DNA from: Candidatus Cloacimonadota bacterium
GTDB lineage: Bacteria; Cloacimonadota; Cloacimonadia; JGIOTU-2
NCBI GenBank assembly: GCA_049903315.1
Contig: JBNGBT010000004.1
Span: 160,001 to 224,000, forward strand
Length of the DNA stretch: 64,000 nt
Reading direction: 5' to 3'
The notes under the pieces: model-generated
Told to the model about the DNA's origin: nothing
The model's database searches: none
The model's input: only the letters and a program-made list of their open reading frames with translations
Part shown: one piece after another, positions 39,329 through 49,802 of the stretch
Numbering within the stretch: position 1 is the first letter of the stretch
How the letters are laid out: every line of letters begins with the position of its first letter
Made by a program: the position numbers and the translations under genes

Positions 39329-41254
39329 TTACTCCTTATTTTCCTGTTGAAAGGCGTCGAGATCAGCCCATTCTTTGAGCAGATCATCTAATTTATTCTG
39401 TAAATATTTTCTCTGATCGTAGAGTTCAAGCAATTTCTTGTAGTCTTTCCCAAAGGCACTGATGTCTTTATCAGTTTGCTCGATTTGATCTTCAGTCTTT
39501 TCCACTTCGTTTTCAATATCCAGAAGCCGTCTCACCCTGCTTTTCTTTTCATTTGCAGCTTTTCTGCGTGAGGCGTGATCCAGTTGGGATATTGGCTTTT
39601 CACCAATTATTTTATGAGGTGTATCTTCTTGTGAATCATGTTTTTTCTTATTTCTATAGAAATCATAATTACCGGGATATTCATAGAGTTTTCGCTGCTC
39701 AAGTTCGATAACTTTATGTGCTATTTTGTTGATAAAATATCGGTCATGAGAGATGAAGAGTATCGTGCCTTTATAGTCGAGCAATGCTTCTTCCAGCATT
39801 TCCATAGAATCGATATCAAGGTGATTCGTGGGCTCATCCAGAAGCAGTAAATTGGGATTCTTTTTCATGAGAATACAAAGCTGGAAACGTACTTTCTCAC
39901 CTCCGGAAAGGTCGTCCAATCTTTTGAAAACATCATTTCCAAAAAAGAGAAAACGAGCAAGAGCAGTCCGGGCTCTATCCTCATGCATGGGAAACATCCT
40001 GCGGTATGCATCGAGAACTGATTCTGTGGGATTCTCAAAATGTACTTCCTGCTCAAGGTAACCGATATTCAATCTCGAGCCAAGCTTCACCTCTCCGGAA
40101 TCCGGCTGTATTTGATTCAGAATGATCTTAAAAATGGTTGTTTTGCCTGTACCGTTCTTGCCGAGAATACATATATGTTCCTTATAATAAACAAACAGGT
40201 CAATCGAATCTAATAAAACAAGGTTTTCATAAGTCTTTGTTACATCCTTGAGTTTGATCACATCTTTGCCTGAACGCTGCACAGATGAGAGATCGAGTCC
40301 CATTTTTTTAGCTTCTGTGGGTCTATCCACTCTATCAATCCGCTCAAGACGGCGTTCCATGTTCATTGCTTTTTTGAACATATCTGGATTATCTGTGCGT
40401 GTTCCCCAATCCCGGAACCGCTTGATTGCTTCTTCCATTGCTTCGATCTTTTTCTGCTGATTCTTGTATGCGGAAAATTGGCGCTGTATTTCTTCCTCGC
40501 GAAGCTCGATATATTTTGAATAATTACCCTTGTATGTTTTTGTTCTGCCATTTTCCAACTCAATTACTTTTGATACTGTCGCATCCAAAAAATAGCGGTC
40601 GTGGGCAACGATTATTGCGCTTCCTTTATACTGGGAAATAAAGTCTTCAAGCCATTCGATCGATTCGATGTCCAGATGATTTGTTGGTTCGTCCAATAGC
40701 AGGATGTCAGGATGATTAAGAAATATCTGCCCGAGCATTACTCTTGTCTTTTCTCCTCCGCTCAGGGAATTATAATCCCGATGCAGCATCTGGTCTGTGA
40801 TCTTGAGACCGGTACATACTTTCTCAAGTTTGACATCGATATCATATCCTTCAAGATGCTCAAACCGCATCAATAGTTTTTCATATTTTGAGATCAGTTT
40901 TGTTTGAGCATTTTTATCTTTCGTACTCGAAATGCGCTGTTCGAGAATTCGAAGATTGTCTCGCAGGTCAAAAATATGCTGGCAGGATTGTTTGAGTACT
41001 TCGATGACTTCAGTGCCTTCAGGATAATCGGGAATTTGCTCGATATATCCGATAGTTGATCCTTTTGCAACACTGATTGCTCCAGCATCTGCATCTGCGG
41101 CGCCGGTGATCAAACGGAAAATTGTCGTCTTGCCGCTTCCATTCCTGCCGATAAGACCGACCTTCTCTCCTCGAATAAGATCGAAGGAAGCATTTTGGAG
41201 AATTTCATACCCTCCAAATGATTTTTTCACCGCGTTCAAACTAATATCTTTCAT
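39329..41254 (-). CDS. ABC-F family ATP-binding protein (ribosome-associated)
   Basis: Two ABC domains (GRNGSGKTT and GKNGTGKTT, LSGGEK twice, LLLDEPTNHLD twice), no TM, C-terminal coiled coil. Confidence 0.92.
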   Translation of the reverse strand: MKDISLNAVKKSFGGYEILQNASFDLIRGEKVGLIGRNGSGKTTIFRLITGAADADAGAISVAKGSTIGYIEQIPDYPEGTEVIEVLKQSCQHIFDLRDNLRILEQRISSTKDKNAQTKLISKYEKLLMRFEHLEGYDIDVKLEKVCTGLKITDQMLHRDYNSLSGGEKTRVMLGQIFLNHPDILLLDEPTNHLDIESIEWLEDFISQYKGSAIIVAHDRYFLDATVSKVIELENGRTKTYKGNYSKYIELREEEIQRQFSAYKNQQKKIEAMEEAIKRFRDWGTRTDNPDMFKKAMNMERRLERIDRVDRPTEAKKMGLDLSSVQRSGKDVIKLKDVTKTYENLVLLDSIDLFVYYKEHICILGKNGTGKTTIFKIILNQIQPDSGEVKLGSRLNIGYLEQEVHFENPTESVLDAYRRMFPMHEDRARTALARFLFFGNDVFKRLDDLSGGEKVRFQLCILMKKNPNLLLLDEPTNHLDIDSMEMLEEALLDYKGTILFISHDRYFINKIAHKVIELEQRKLYEYPGNYDFYRNKKKHDSQEDTPHKIIGEKPISQLDHASRRKAANEKKSRVRRLLDIENEVEKTEDQIEQTDKDISAFGKDYKKLLELYDQRKYLQNKLDDLLKEWADLDAFQQENKE

Positions 41255-41357
41255 GTCAGTAAAAGTAATGTAGTTTATTGAGTGTGTCTGTCAAATCTTA
41301 AAGATCATAATGAGAAGTTATCCATTTTGAGAAGCTGTTTTCGCAAGAACTTATCCA

Positions 41358-42359
41358 TTAGTCATGGATTAAATACCACTCGACAGTGGATGTGAGATTT
41401 TTGTTAAAATTATGAGAAGGTTTCCATCCGATCTCTGCCTGTACTTTTGAACAATCCATTGAATAGCGTAGATCGTGACCGGGTCTGTCTTTTGTAAATG
41501 TAATGTATTTTTTGTAATAATCTTTCTCTTTATTTGTATGAGAAGCAACAATTTCGCAGAGCTGGTTCACGAGTGTAATATTGTCGACCTCGTATTCTCC
41601 ATTGATATTATATATTTCACCAATCTTGCCTTTTTCTAATACTCCAAGTAATACTTTGCAGTGATCTTCCACATATATCCAATCACGAACATTCAAGCCG
41701 TTTCCATAAATTGGAAGTGGTTTTTCATTCTTCATGTTGAGGATCATGAGGGGAATCAGCTTTTCCGGGTACTGATAAGGACCGAAATTATTGGAACATC
41801 GGGTGATAAGAATGGGGAATCCGAATGACTCAAAATAGGATTGAGCAAGAAGGTCTGCTGCCGCTTTGGATGCTGCATAAGGTGAGCGCGGTTTAAGAGG
41901 GGAATCTTCAGTAAATTTCTCTTTTCCTTCGAGTGGTAAAGAGCCATACACTTCGTCTGTGGAGATATGCAGAAATCTATTGGATTCCAACTCATCTTTT
42001 TTCCAGGATTCTTGTGCAGCTTGAAGCAGAACTGAAGTGCCGAGTACATTGGTTTTCATGAAAAGTTGCGGATCATCAAAAGAGCGGTCAACATGAGATT
42101 CTGCAGCGAAGTGAATGACAAAATCGATTTCATTTTCTGTAAAAATTTTTCGTACAAGTTTTTGGTCAGCAATATCTCCTTTTATAAAAGTATAACGCTC
42201 AGGATAGAGGTTCTCAATTTCTTCAACATTCAATACATTTCCTGCATAAGTGAGTGCATCAAGATTCAGGATGTGAGCATTCGATTTTTGCTTTAGAAGA
42301 TATCGGATGAAATTCGATCCGATGAAACCGCAACCGCCTGTGATCAAATAGGTTTTCAT
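41358..42359 (-). CDS. rfbB: dTDP-glucose 4,6-dehydratase
   Basis: TGGCGFIGSNF, DALTYAGN, HFAAESHVDRS, STDEVYG, YAASK, DRPGHDLRY. Confidence 0.95.
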   Translation of the reverse strand: MKTYLITGGCGFIGSNFIRYLLKQKSNAHILNLDALTYAGNVLNVEEIENLYPERYTFIKGDIADQKLVRKIFTENEIDFVIHFAAESHVDRSFDDPQLFMKTNVLGTSVLLQAAQESWKKDELESNRFLHISTDEVYGSLPLEGKEKFTEDSPLKPRSPYAASKAAADLLAQSYFESFGFPILITRCSNNFGPYQYPEKLIPLMILNMKNEKPLPIYGNGLNVRDWIYVEDHCKVLLGVLEKGKIGEIYNINGEYEVDNITLVNQLCEIVASHTNKEKDYYKKYITFTKDRPGHDLRYSMDCSKVQAEIGWKPSHNFNKNLTSTVEWYLIHD

Positions 42360-42585
42360 CTCTGCTCCGGAATTCTTTTTCAAAGAAGGAGTGATTATGA
42401 GGAGTATTCTTTGTCAAGACTTTGGTGTATTATGAGCTATACATTCTAAATATATTGCTGATAAAGAATATTAAATTTTCTTTTTTTTAGAGGGTGTAAA
42501 TTGTAAATGATTAATAATTTCTTGACATCCGATATGGTCAGTTAAGCTCACACAATATTTCAAATTATTCAAAAGGAGCATACAC

Positions 42586-43587
42586 ATGAAGAAAGTACGG
42601 TTAATTTTCACTCTTTTACTTCTCATTACAATTTTTTCATGCACAAAGCATGATACCACATTCGTTACCATTGGTACAGGCGGGGTGACAGGAGTGTATT
42701 ATCCTACAGGTGGCGCAATCAGCAGAATGGTGAACAAGAACTTTAAAGAGTACGGAATAAAAGCAACTGTCGAATCCACAGCAGGTTCTGTGTATAATAT
42801 AAACTTCGTGCTGAGCGGAGATCTTGATTTTGGTATCGCACAATCGGACAGGCAGTACCAGGCAGTAAAAGGATTGTCAGATTGGGCAGAGATCGGACCG
42901 CAGGAAAAACTTCGCTCTGTATTTTCAATACATCCGGAAGCGATTACCCTTATTGCAGCTGATAAAAGCGGAATCAGCAGAATAACTGATCTTGTCGGAG
43001 CACGAGTAAATCTCGGCAATCCCGGCTCAGGTCAACTCCAGAATTCCAGAGATGTACTTGCGGCTTTTGGTGTGAGTGAGGATATGCTCAAAGGTGAGTA
43101 TGTCAAAGCAGCTGAAGCCCCCGGACTCGTTCAGGATGAACGCATGGATGCATTTTTCTATACTGTTGGGCATCCTAATGAAAATATCAAAGAAGCTACA
43201 TCAGGTCGCATCAAAGTACACATTGTTCCTATCGAAAGCGCTCCTATTGACTCATTGCTGGAAGCATTACCCTATTATGATAAAGCGATCATTCCTCATG
43301 CATATTATGAACTTGCTTCCAATTTAACTGATGTACCGACTATTGGCGTAAAAGCCACATTGATCACGTCGGCAGATGTTTCCGATGATGTCGTGTATGC
43401 GTTGACTAAAGAGGTGTTTGAGAATTTTGATGAATTTAAAACCCTTCATTCGGCTTATGGTACACTCACCAAAGAAAGCATGCTTAAAGGACTATCCGCT
43501 CCCATTCATCCTGGTGCGCTGAAGTATTATAAAGAAGCAGGTTTGACAGAACATATCAAGCCGTCACTCATACATGCAGAAAAGTAA
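42586..43587 (+). CDS. TAXI-family TRAP transporter solute-binding lipoprotein
   Basis: TIGTGGVTGVYYPTGG, STAGSVYN, GIAQSD, APIHPGALKYYKE; lipobox IFSC. Confidence 0.93.
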   Translation: MKKVRLIFTLLLLITIFSCTKHDTTFVTIGTGGVTGVYYPTGGAISRMVNKNFKEYGIKATVESTAGSVYNINFVLSGDLDFGIAQSDRQYQAVKGLSDWAEIGPQEKLRSVFSIHPEAITLIAADKSGISRITDLVGARVNLGNPGSGQLQNSRDVLAAFGVSEDMLKGEYVKAAEAPGLVQDERMDAFFYTVGHPNENIKEATSGRIKVHIVPIESAPIDSLLEALPYYDKAIIPHAYYELASNLTDVPTIGVKATLITSADVSDDVVYALTKEVFENFDEFKTLHSAYGTLTKESMLKGLSAPIHPGALKYYKEAGLTEHIKPSLIHAEK

Positions 43588-43601
43588 GTTCAATTAAGGA
43601 G

Positions 43602-44225
43602 GTGGGATTGATGGTAAAGTATAATGCCCTAAAGAATATTACGTGTGTGATAATTGTAACACTTGTGATTTCTCGTTGCTCTATGATGTCATCAATGCAG
43701 ACTGGACGAACAATGAAGAAGGGTGATGTTGGATTAGCTGTTGGCTATGGGAATTTGCTGAGTAGTGAAAGCAGCAATGTCTTCTCGGACGCTCATTTCT
43801 GGGAAATGAATCTTAGATATGGATTATTCAACCATTTTGATGTTGGTTTAGAGTTTGCAAGCGCTTATCCAACAACATTTGACGTGAAATATCAATTTGC
43901 AGGAACTGATTGTTCCTTATTCGCATTGAGCATTGGAGCTGGTTTCACCGTTCAATCTGTACGATCTGGCTTCAGGGAAATTGGACTTCTTGCGCCGTTG
44001 TACACTTCCTTGCATCCTATTAAAGAAGTTGCTGTATTTCTGAGTCCTAGAATATATTATTATCATGATAATATGAACTGGGTTACCTATGCTGGATTAT
44101 CAACGGGCTTCCGGCTTGGTGGTATGCTTGCATTAGTTCTTGAATACGATATCTATAAAATTATATCAAAAGATTCTAAAACATTTTCCCAGGCAATTGT
44201 AGGATTGTCGTATAATATTCCTTAA
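43602..44225 (+). CDS. Hypothetical exported / outer-membrane beta-strand protein
   Basis: N-terminal signal with Cys; alternating hydrophobic beta pattern (NLRYGL, DVKYQF, VGLSY). Confidence 0.65.
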   Translation: MGLMVKYNALKNITCVIIVTLVISRCSMMSSMQTGRTMKKGDVGLAVGYGNLLSSESSNVFSDAHFWEMNLRYGLFNHFDVGLEFASAYPTTFDVKYQFAGTDCSLFALSIGAGFTVQSVRSGFREIGLLAPLYTSLHPIKEVAVFLSPRIYYYHDNMNWVTYAGLSTGFRLGGMLALVLEYDIYKIISKDSKTFSQAIVGLSYNIP

Positions 44226-44243
44226 TAGAATTTTGGAGTTCTT

Positions 44244-45089
44244 ATGATAATAATGAATTTAATAAAAAACTGGTTGATAATTGTTGGTGCGTTAATCTTG
44301 ATTATTTCTCTGTCACCAATACAGAAATTAAAGCAGCAATTACCCGCAAGTTCTCTTCGCAGTAGATGGGATATGCTCAGTATACTCATGCTTTTTTTCT
44401 TTGCGGGTTATGTCGTTTATGTGGTTGCTCAGTGGAATGTATACCTGGATGCATCGGATCTGATTGTCCCGTTTGTGTTTTTCTTCGGAGCGATTTTTGC
44501 ACTTCTCACGAGTTCTCTTGCAGTACAGACAGCTCGCGATATTTTGCGGATCAGTACACTCGAACAGGAAAATATTACCGATCCTCTTATGGAAATCCAT
44601 AATCGAAGACATTTTGACAGACGTCTCAAAGAAGAAATAAATCGCGCTCACAGGTACGCTTCTCCTCTCGCTCTATTTATGATTGATATAGATCATTTTA
44701 AAAAAGTAAATGATACATATGGACATGATGCAGGTGACCAGGTATTGAAAAAAATCGGAGTTCTTATTCAAGATCGTGTACGTAGAACTGATATTGTTGC
44801 CCGTTATGGGGGAGAGGAAATTGCGATCATTGCACCGGAAACTACCCTCGAAGTGGCAGATGTTTTAGGAGAACGACTTCGTGAATCAATTGAGAATACT
44901 GTATTAGCACCTGCGAACAACGAACATCCTGATATTAAAGCAACAATCAGCGTTGGCATCGCAGGATTAGAAAGTGATACTGCAAGCAATGAGAGATTCA
45001 TTCAATGCGCGGATATTGCCTTATACGATGCAAAAGAAGCGGGACGAAACCGAGTTGTGATTTACAAGTGTACTCAAGAAAATGTGTAG
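44244..45089 (+). CDS. Membrane-anchored diguanylate cyclase (GGDEF)
   Basis: Three TM; DPLMEIHNRR, DIDHFKKVNDTYGH, RxxD I-site (RRTD), RYGGEE. Confidence 0.93.
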   Translation: MIIMNLIKNWLIIVGALILIISLSPIQKLKQQLPASSLRSRWDMLSILMLFFFAGYVVYVVAQWNVYLDASDLIVPFVFFFGAIFALLTSSLAVQTARDILRISTLEQENITDPLMEIHNRRHFDRRLKEEINRAHRYASPLALFMIDIDHFKKVNDTYGHDAGDQVLKKIGVLIQDRVRRTDIVARYGGEEIAIIAPETTLEVADVLGERLRESIENTVLAPANNEHPDIKATISVGIAGLESDTASNERFIQCADIALYDAKEAGRNRVVIYKCTQENV

Positions 45090-45092
45090 ATT

Positions 45093-45458
45093 ATGGAGAT
45101 TATATATGTTCGCAACGAGAATGATGTCACTTTTGCGGAGTGTAAACCGTCAGAAAAACTTATTACTTCTGAACAGGATGCAGTTGACCTTATCGGCTTG
45201 TGCGGATATCACCAAACAAATAATCTGCTGCTCTATGCAAAGAATGTTGATAAGAGTTTCTTTGATCTGAAATCCAAACTTGCAGGCGAAATTCTCCAAA
45301 AATGCATGAATTATTATATGAGACTGGCAATGGTGTTGCCGTCTGAAGTTGAGAATAATAAACGATTTACTGAAATGGCACTCGAGACAAACAAGGGGAA
45401 TCATTTCCGTATTTTTAAAACTCGAGAGGAAGCAATTGAGTGGCTCACACATGGATAA
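45093..45458 (+). CDS. DUF4180 domain protein
   Basis: FFDLKSKLAGEILQK, ETNKGNHF. Confidence 0.85.
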   Translation: MEIIYVRNENDVTFAECKPSEKLITSEQDAVDLIGLCGYHQTNNLLLYAKNVDKSFFDLKSKLAGEILQKCMNYYMRLAMVLPSEVENNKRFTEMALETNKGNHFRIFKTREEAIEWLTHG

Positions 45459-45849
45459 AAGGTTTGAAATTCGATTTGAAATCAATAATGAAGTAATCCC
45501 AGAAGAGCTTATCGAAGTATTCCAAAGCGTAGGATGGAGAAAGAATCCGAACAACATTGTTGCAGCATTCAAGAATTCCTATTATATTACGGCATATCAC
45601 GGAAAAAAGCTTATTGGATTTGCACGTGCAATTTCGGATAATTGTTACTACACAAATATCTTCGACGTGATCGTGCGTCCGGAATATCAAAGGCAGGGCA
45701 TAGGCAAAAAAATGATGCTCATGCTGAGAGATACCTTCAAAGAAACCTATTTCTTTTTGACCTATACAGAAGGAAGAAAAGAGTTTTATGAGAAATGCGG
45801 CTTTGAAGAGAATGATCGGGCAATGTGGATTCATATTCATAATTCATAA
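45451..45849 (+). CDS. GNAT N-acetyltransferase
   Basis: LIGFARAISD, VRPEYQRQGIGK, FYEKCGF; ATG at 45451. Confidence 0.9.
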   Translation: MDKRFEIRFEINNEVIPEELIEVFQSVGWRKNPNNIVAAFKNSYYITAYHGKKLIGFARAISDNCYYTNIFDVIVRPEYQRQGIGKKMMLMLRDTFKETYFFLTYTEGRKEFYEKCGFEENDRAMWIHIHNS

Positions 45850-45866
45850 GTTCTTTTTATCGGGAC

Positions 45867-46571
45867 ATGCCGCAAACAGACTTAGAGAATGTTGAAAATT
45901 ATATAGGAACATTAAACGAAAAATCCCTGCATGCCGACCTTAAAAAGTGGTATGCAAGACCGGGTGACAAATTGGAAGTCCCGCTTGATGGATACTATAT
46001 TGATATTGTCAGGGGCAACAACCTGATCGAGATCCAAACACGAAATTTTTCTTCAATAAAGAAAAAAATACTCTATCTCGTAGAAACATATCCTGTACAT
46101 CTCGTTCATGCGATTGCTCAGGAGAAATGGTTGGTAAAACTTCCGAAAGAAGGAATTGGGGAATCGGTAAGAAGAAAATCTCCCAGGCGGGGTTCCATCT
46201 ACGATATCCTCGATGAACTGGTGAGTTTCCCATCACTGCTCATGCATGATAATTTCACACTGGAAATACTGTTTATTAAAGAAGAGGAAGTGCGCACATT
46301 CGACAGGAGAAGGGGCTGGCGCAAGCATGGTTGGATTACGCTTGAAAGAAAACTCCTTGATGTTGTTGATTCTGTTCGTATTGAAAAACCGGATAATCTG
46401 AAAATACTTTTGCCAACCGACCTGCCGGATACTTTTACGACCGAAGATGTTTCACTCACACTTGGACGGTCAAAATGGTTTGCACAAAAAATGGTCTATT
46501 GCCTTAAGAAGATGGGCATTATTGAGAAGGTCGGATCAAAAAATAGATTTTATCTTTATCGAATAAAATAA
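45867..46571 (+). CDS. Conserved hypothetical protein, possible PD-(D/E)XK fold
   Basis: IGTLNEKSLHADLK...IDIVRGNNLIEIQT; C-terminal HTH-like segment. Confidence 0.7.
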   Translation: MPQTDLENVENYIGTLNEKSLHADLKKWYARPGDKLEVPLDGYYIDIVRGNNLIEIQTRNFSSIKKKILYLVETYPVHLVHAIAQEKWLVKLPKEGIGESVRRKSPRRGSIYDILDELVSFPSLLMHDNFTLEILFIKEEEVRTFDRRRGWRKHGWITLERKLLDVVDSVRIEKPDNLKILLPTDLPDTFTTEDVSLTLGRSKWFAQKMVYCLKKMGIIEKVGSKNRFYLYRIK

Positions 46572-46583
46572 TTGGGAGTGCTC

Positions 46584-46928
46584 ATGAATATAGAAGAAAA
46601 ACTAAATTTGAATGGGGAGTTTCTGGGGGTGACCTCAATGGCTGTGTACAGCGCGCCATGGTTCCTGAAAGTCGGGTTGCTTGTACTCGTCGGATTTCTC
46701 TTCTCTGTAAAAATTGCCCAGGATTCTAGGAATTTTAAAGGGGAACTCGAAGATATTGCAGATGAAGATCAGGATGATTATCTTAAGCTCATGAATGATT
46801 TTAATAAGTTCTTTTTTGGATTCACTGTTGCGAAGAAAAACCTGCCTGTATATTGGCTTGGATTCGCTATTTTTGCTATTACTTTTGTGTATTCTGTATT
46901 TGAAACATTAACAAAAATCTTATTGTAA
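46584..46928 (+). CDS. Small membrane protein
   Basis: Two hydrophobic segments; GGAG before ATG 46584. Confidence 0.65.
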   Translation: MNIEEKLNLNGEFLGVTSMAVYSAPWFLKVGLLVLVGFLFSVKIAQDSRNFKGELEDIADEDQDDYLKLMNDFNKFFFGFTVAKKNLPVYWLGFAIFAITFVYSVFETLTKILL

Positions 46929-47099
46929 ACATGATGCAAACAGGTAATATTTGTAGATAACACGATTTTTCTACAGATTACTCAATTTCATAAAAACTTC
47001 GAAAAAATACATACCTGAAAACCGAGTTTCAAAATTCTTGACACATATAATGAATATAAAAATCTGTAAAAAAACAGAAATTTAGTTAGAGGCGTGTAC

Positions 47100-48434
47100 A
47101 TGAGAAAAATTATTATTTTTCTCTTTATCTTTTTAATGATTTGTTTTTCGGTTTTTGCTGCCAAAAAACCGGACTGGGTAAACAAGAGACCAATTGATAA
47201 CAATTCCTATATTGGTATTGGTGTTGCAGAAAAAGATACTGAGACCAGCGAATATATCCAAAAAGCAAAAGACCGCGCACTGCGGGAGATCGCTTCCGAG
47301 ATTACCGTCACTATTAGCGGTGCCACGTTGAACCAGATCCTCGAAAAAGCAGGTGTGGTCAAAGAAGAATTTGAATCCCAAATCCAATCTTCAACGCAGG
47401 CACAATTGGAAGGATACGAACTGGTAGATACATGGCAAGATAAAAATCAATACTGGGTTTATTACAAATTATCAAAAGAAAAATATGCACAGCTTCGTAA
47501 AGCAAAGACTGATAAAGCGATTTCTCTTTCCCTGGATTTTTATTTAAAAGCTGAGCAGAAGAAAGCAGACAGTCATATAACTGAAGCATTACAACTCTAT
47601 CTGCAGGCGTTCAATCCGATCGAGCCATTTATTTCTGAACCTCTCGAAACGAGGTATAATGAGCAAAATATCTATCTATTAAACACGATTCATTCCTCAT
47701 TGCAGCAGGTTCTTGGAACGATTTCTCTTAAACCGGTTGAGCCCGAGATCGATGCGACAATTGGGAAGAGTTTGGAAGATCCTATTCTTTTCAATGCGCT
47801 CTACATGCAAAGTCCGATTGCAAATTTCCCGCTTCATTTCAGTTTTATAAAAGGCGAAGGCGAGTTGATCGAATATACGAAGTCTGCTGCTGATGGCATC
47901 GTATTGTGCAGAGTTTCTAACATTCTTTCTGCTGATAAAATGCAGGTTATTAAAGCAGAATTGGCAATAAACAAACTCATATCACAGGATGATGTAAATC
48001 CTATTATTCAGGATATTATTAAAAGTCTTACAATTCCTTCTGCGAATGTCATATTAAATGTATCCGGACCACAGGTTTTTATTGAATCAACCGAGTTAAA
48101 TTTTGGAAATCCCCTGGAAGTTACCTATATTGAGCCAAAACTGAAAGAGAAACTCTCCGGTTACGGATATAGTTTTGTGGATATGAAGTCTGATGCCGAT
48201 TATGTTATTATGATCGATGCACAGTCCAGGAAAGGTTCAACAGTTTATCAAATGTGTTCGGCTTTTGTAGATGTAACTGTCTCCGTGATGGACATGTCTA
48301 CGTATGAGGAAATTTACAAGAATACCTTTTCTAATGCGAAAGGCATCAATACGGATATGGACAAAGCAGGTCTGGCAGCGTTCGATAATGCAGCAAAACA
48401 GATCTCAGAAGAGATCATTGAAATCATGCAATAA
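47100..48434 (+). CDS. Exported protein with LPP20-like N-terminal domain
   Basis: Signal peptide; KPDWV...YIGIG...AKDRALREIASEI...WVYYKLSK. Confidence 0.75.
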   Translation: MRKIIIFLFIFLMICFSVFAAKKPDWVNKRPIDNNSYIGIGVAEKDTETSEYIQKAKDRALREIASEITVTISGATLNQILEKAGVVKEEFESQIQSSTQAQLEGYELVDTWQDKNQYWVYYKLSKEKYAQLRKAKTDKAISLSLDFYLKAEQKKADSHITEALQLYLQAFNPIEPFISEPLETRYNEQNIYLLNTIHSSLQQVLGTISLKPVEPEIDATIGKSLEDPILFNALYMQSPIANFPLHFSFIKGEGELIEYTKSAADGIVLCRVSNILSADKMQVIKAELAINKLISQDDVNPIIQDIIKSLTIPSANVILNVSGPQVFIESTELNFGNPLEVTYIEPKLKEKLSGYGYSFVDMKSDADYVIMIDAQSRKGSTVYQMCSAFVDVTVSVMDMSTYEEIYKNTFSNAKGINTDMDKAGLAAFDNAAKQISEEIIEIMQ

Positions 48435-48448
48435 TTTTTGGAGCTTTA

Positions 48449-49789
48449 ATGAAAAAAATAATATTATTTTTACTTATGCTTCTGCTCTGTACGAGCTTTC
48501 TACACGGACTTGAAAAATTTTATCAGTACTATGATAAGGGTTTGGAATATATGGAGAAAGGTGACTGGCTGCGTGCGATCGAGGAGTTCAAGAGTGCGGC
48601 ATCCCTCGAATTTGAGGATACAAAAAAAATGCGCACGTATGGCACGAGATTCATTAAATATTTTCCTCACAGAGAGATGGGTATTGCCTATTATCAACTC
48701 GGGGAATTTGATATCGCTAAAGAAGAGCTTGAACTTTCAATTGCCTATAAGAAAACGAGTGAAGCAGAAGAATATCTTGAAAGAGTTCTTCTTGGCATTG
48801 CTCCGGAGCAGGATATCATAGTTCAGGAAGAGATCATAGAGGAAGTTATCGAAGAAAAGCAGAAAGAGCAAGTGATTGAGAAAGAACCGGAAAAGGTCAT
48901 CACAGAACCTAAAGAGAAAGAGGATGTCAGGAAGAAACCGGTACAAATTGCCTCTATCGATAAAGATGTGATTAAAAGAGAGAAAGAGAAAGAAAAGGAA
49001 AGAGCAATTGTCCCAACTTTGAAGAGAGATGAAGAAAGAGTGACATTAGAACCCCCAACTGATAAAGTTCCGGTTGGCGCTCTTACTTATGACCCTTCCA
49101 AAGTCACACAGGTGGGCTCACGTCTTTCAATCGCAGTGATGCCATTTGAAGCAAAGGGACAGGCACACGAATATGAATTCACTCTTATGGAGAAATTGGT
49201 CACGCAGCTTGTTAACTTGAGAAGATTCAGGGTTATAGAGCGCGGTGCGATGGACCAGGTCATGAATGAGCAGGCATTGGGAATGTCTGGCATGGTCGAT
49301 GAAGAGACTGCGGTCGAGGTGGGGAAACTTGCAGGTGCGGATGTGATCGTGGTCGGAACCATAAATATTGCAGAGGGTTTCGGAAAAGTGAGTGCACGCG
49401 GTATTGATACTGAAACTGCAGAAATGATCGTTGCAAAAGAATCCCAAACTGGTGAACCCAGCATGTCTAATCTTGAATCGCTGGTGGAGAATGTCGCGAT
49501 CTTGATCTATAATGCCCTCCCGCTCGTAGAAGGATATATAGTTAATATCGATGAAAATGTCCTGTATCTTGACATGGGCAGCAATGTGGGCATCCGAAAG
49601 GGAACGAAGTGTGTCGCTTTCCGGGAAGGTGATGAGATCATTCATCCTATTACAAAAGAAGTTCTGGGCACGAAGGTCACTATGCTCGGTGAATTGATCG
49701 TTACACAGGTTCAGGAAAAGATGTCTATCGCAAAAGTTTTGGCAAAAGAAGGTACTATTAAAATTGGAGATAAAGTAGTCGTAAAATAA
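48449..49789 (+). CDS. Exported TPR + CsgG/FlgO-like + FlgT-C-like protein
   Basis: Signal peptide; TPR (GIAYYQLGEF); IAVMPF...FRVIERGAMDQVMNEQ...VGKLAGAD; YLDMGSNVGIRKG. Confidence 0.75.
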   Translation: MKKIILFLLMLLLCTSFLHGLEKFYQYYDKGLEYMEKGDWLRAIEEFKSAASLEFEDTKKMRTYGTRFIKYFPHREMGIAYYQLGEFDIAKEELELSIAYKKTSEAEEYLERVLLGIAPEQDIIVQEEIIEEVIEEKQKEQVIEKEPEKVITEPKEKEDVRKKPVQIASIDKDVIKREKEKEKERAIVPTLKRDEERVTLEPPTDKVPVGALTYDPSKVTQVGSRLSIAVMPFEAKGQAHEYEFTLMEKLVTQLVNLRRFRVIERGAMDQVMNEQALGMSGMVDEETAVEVGKLAGADVIVVGTINIAEGFGKVSARGIDTETAEMIVAKESQTGEPSMSNLESLVENVAILIYNALPLVEGYIVNIDENVLYLDMGSNVGIRKGTKCVAFREGDEIIHPITKEVLGTKVTMLGELIVTQVQEKMSIAKVLAKEGTIKIGDKVVVK

Positions 49790-49802
49790 ATAAGGAGTAT
49801 TC

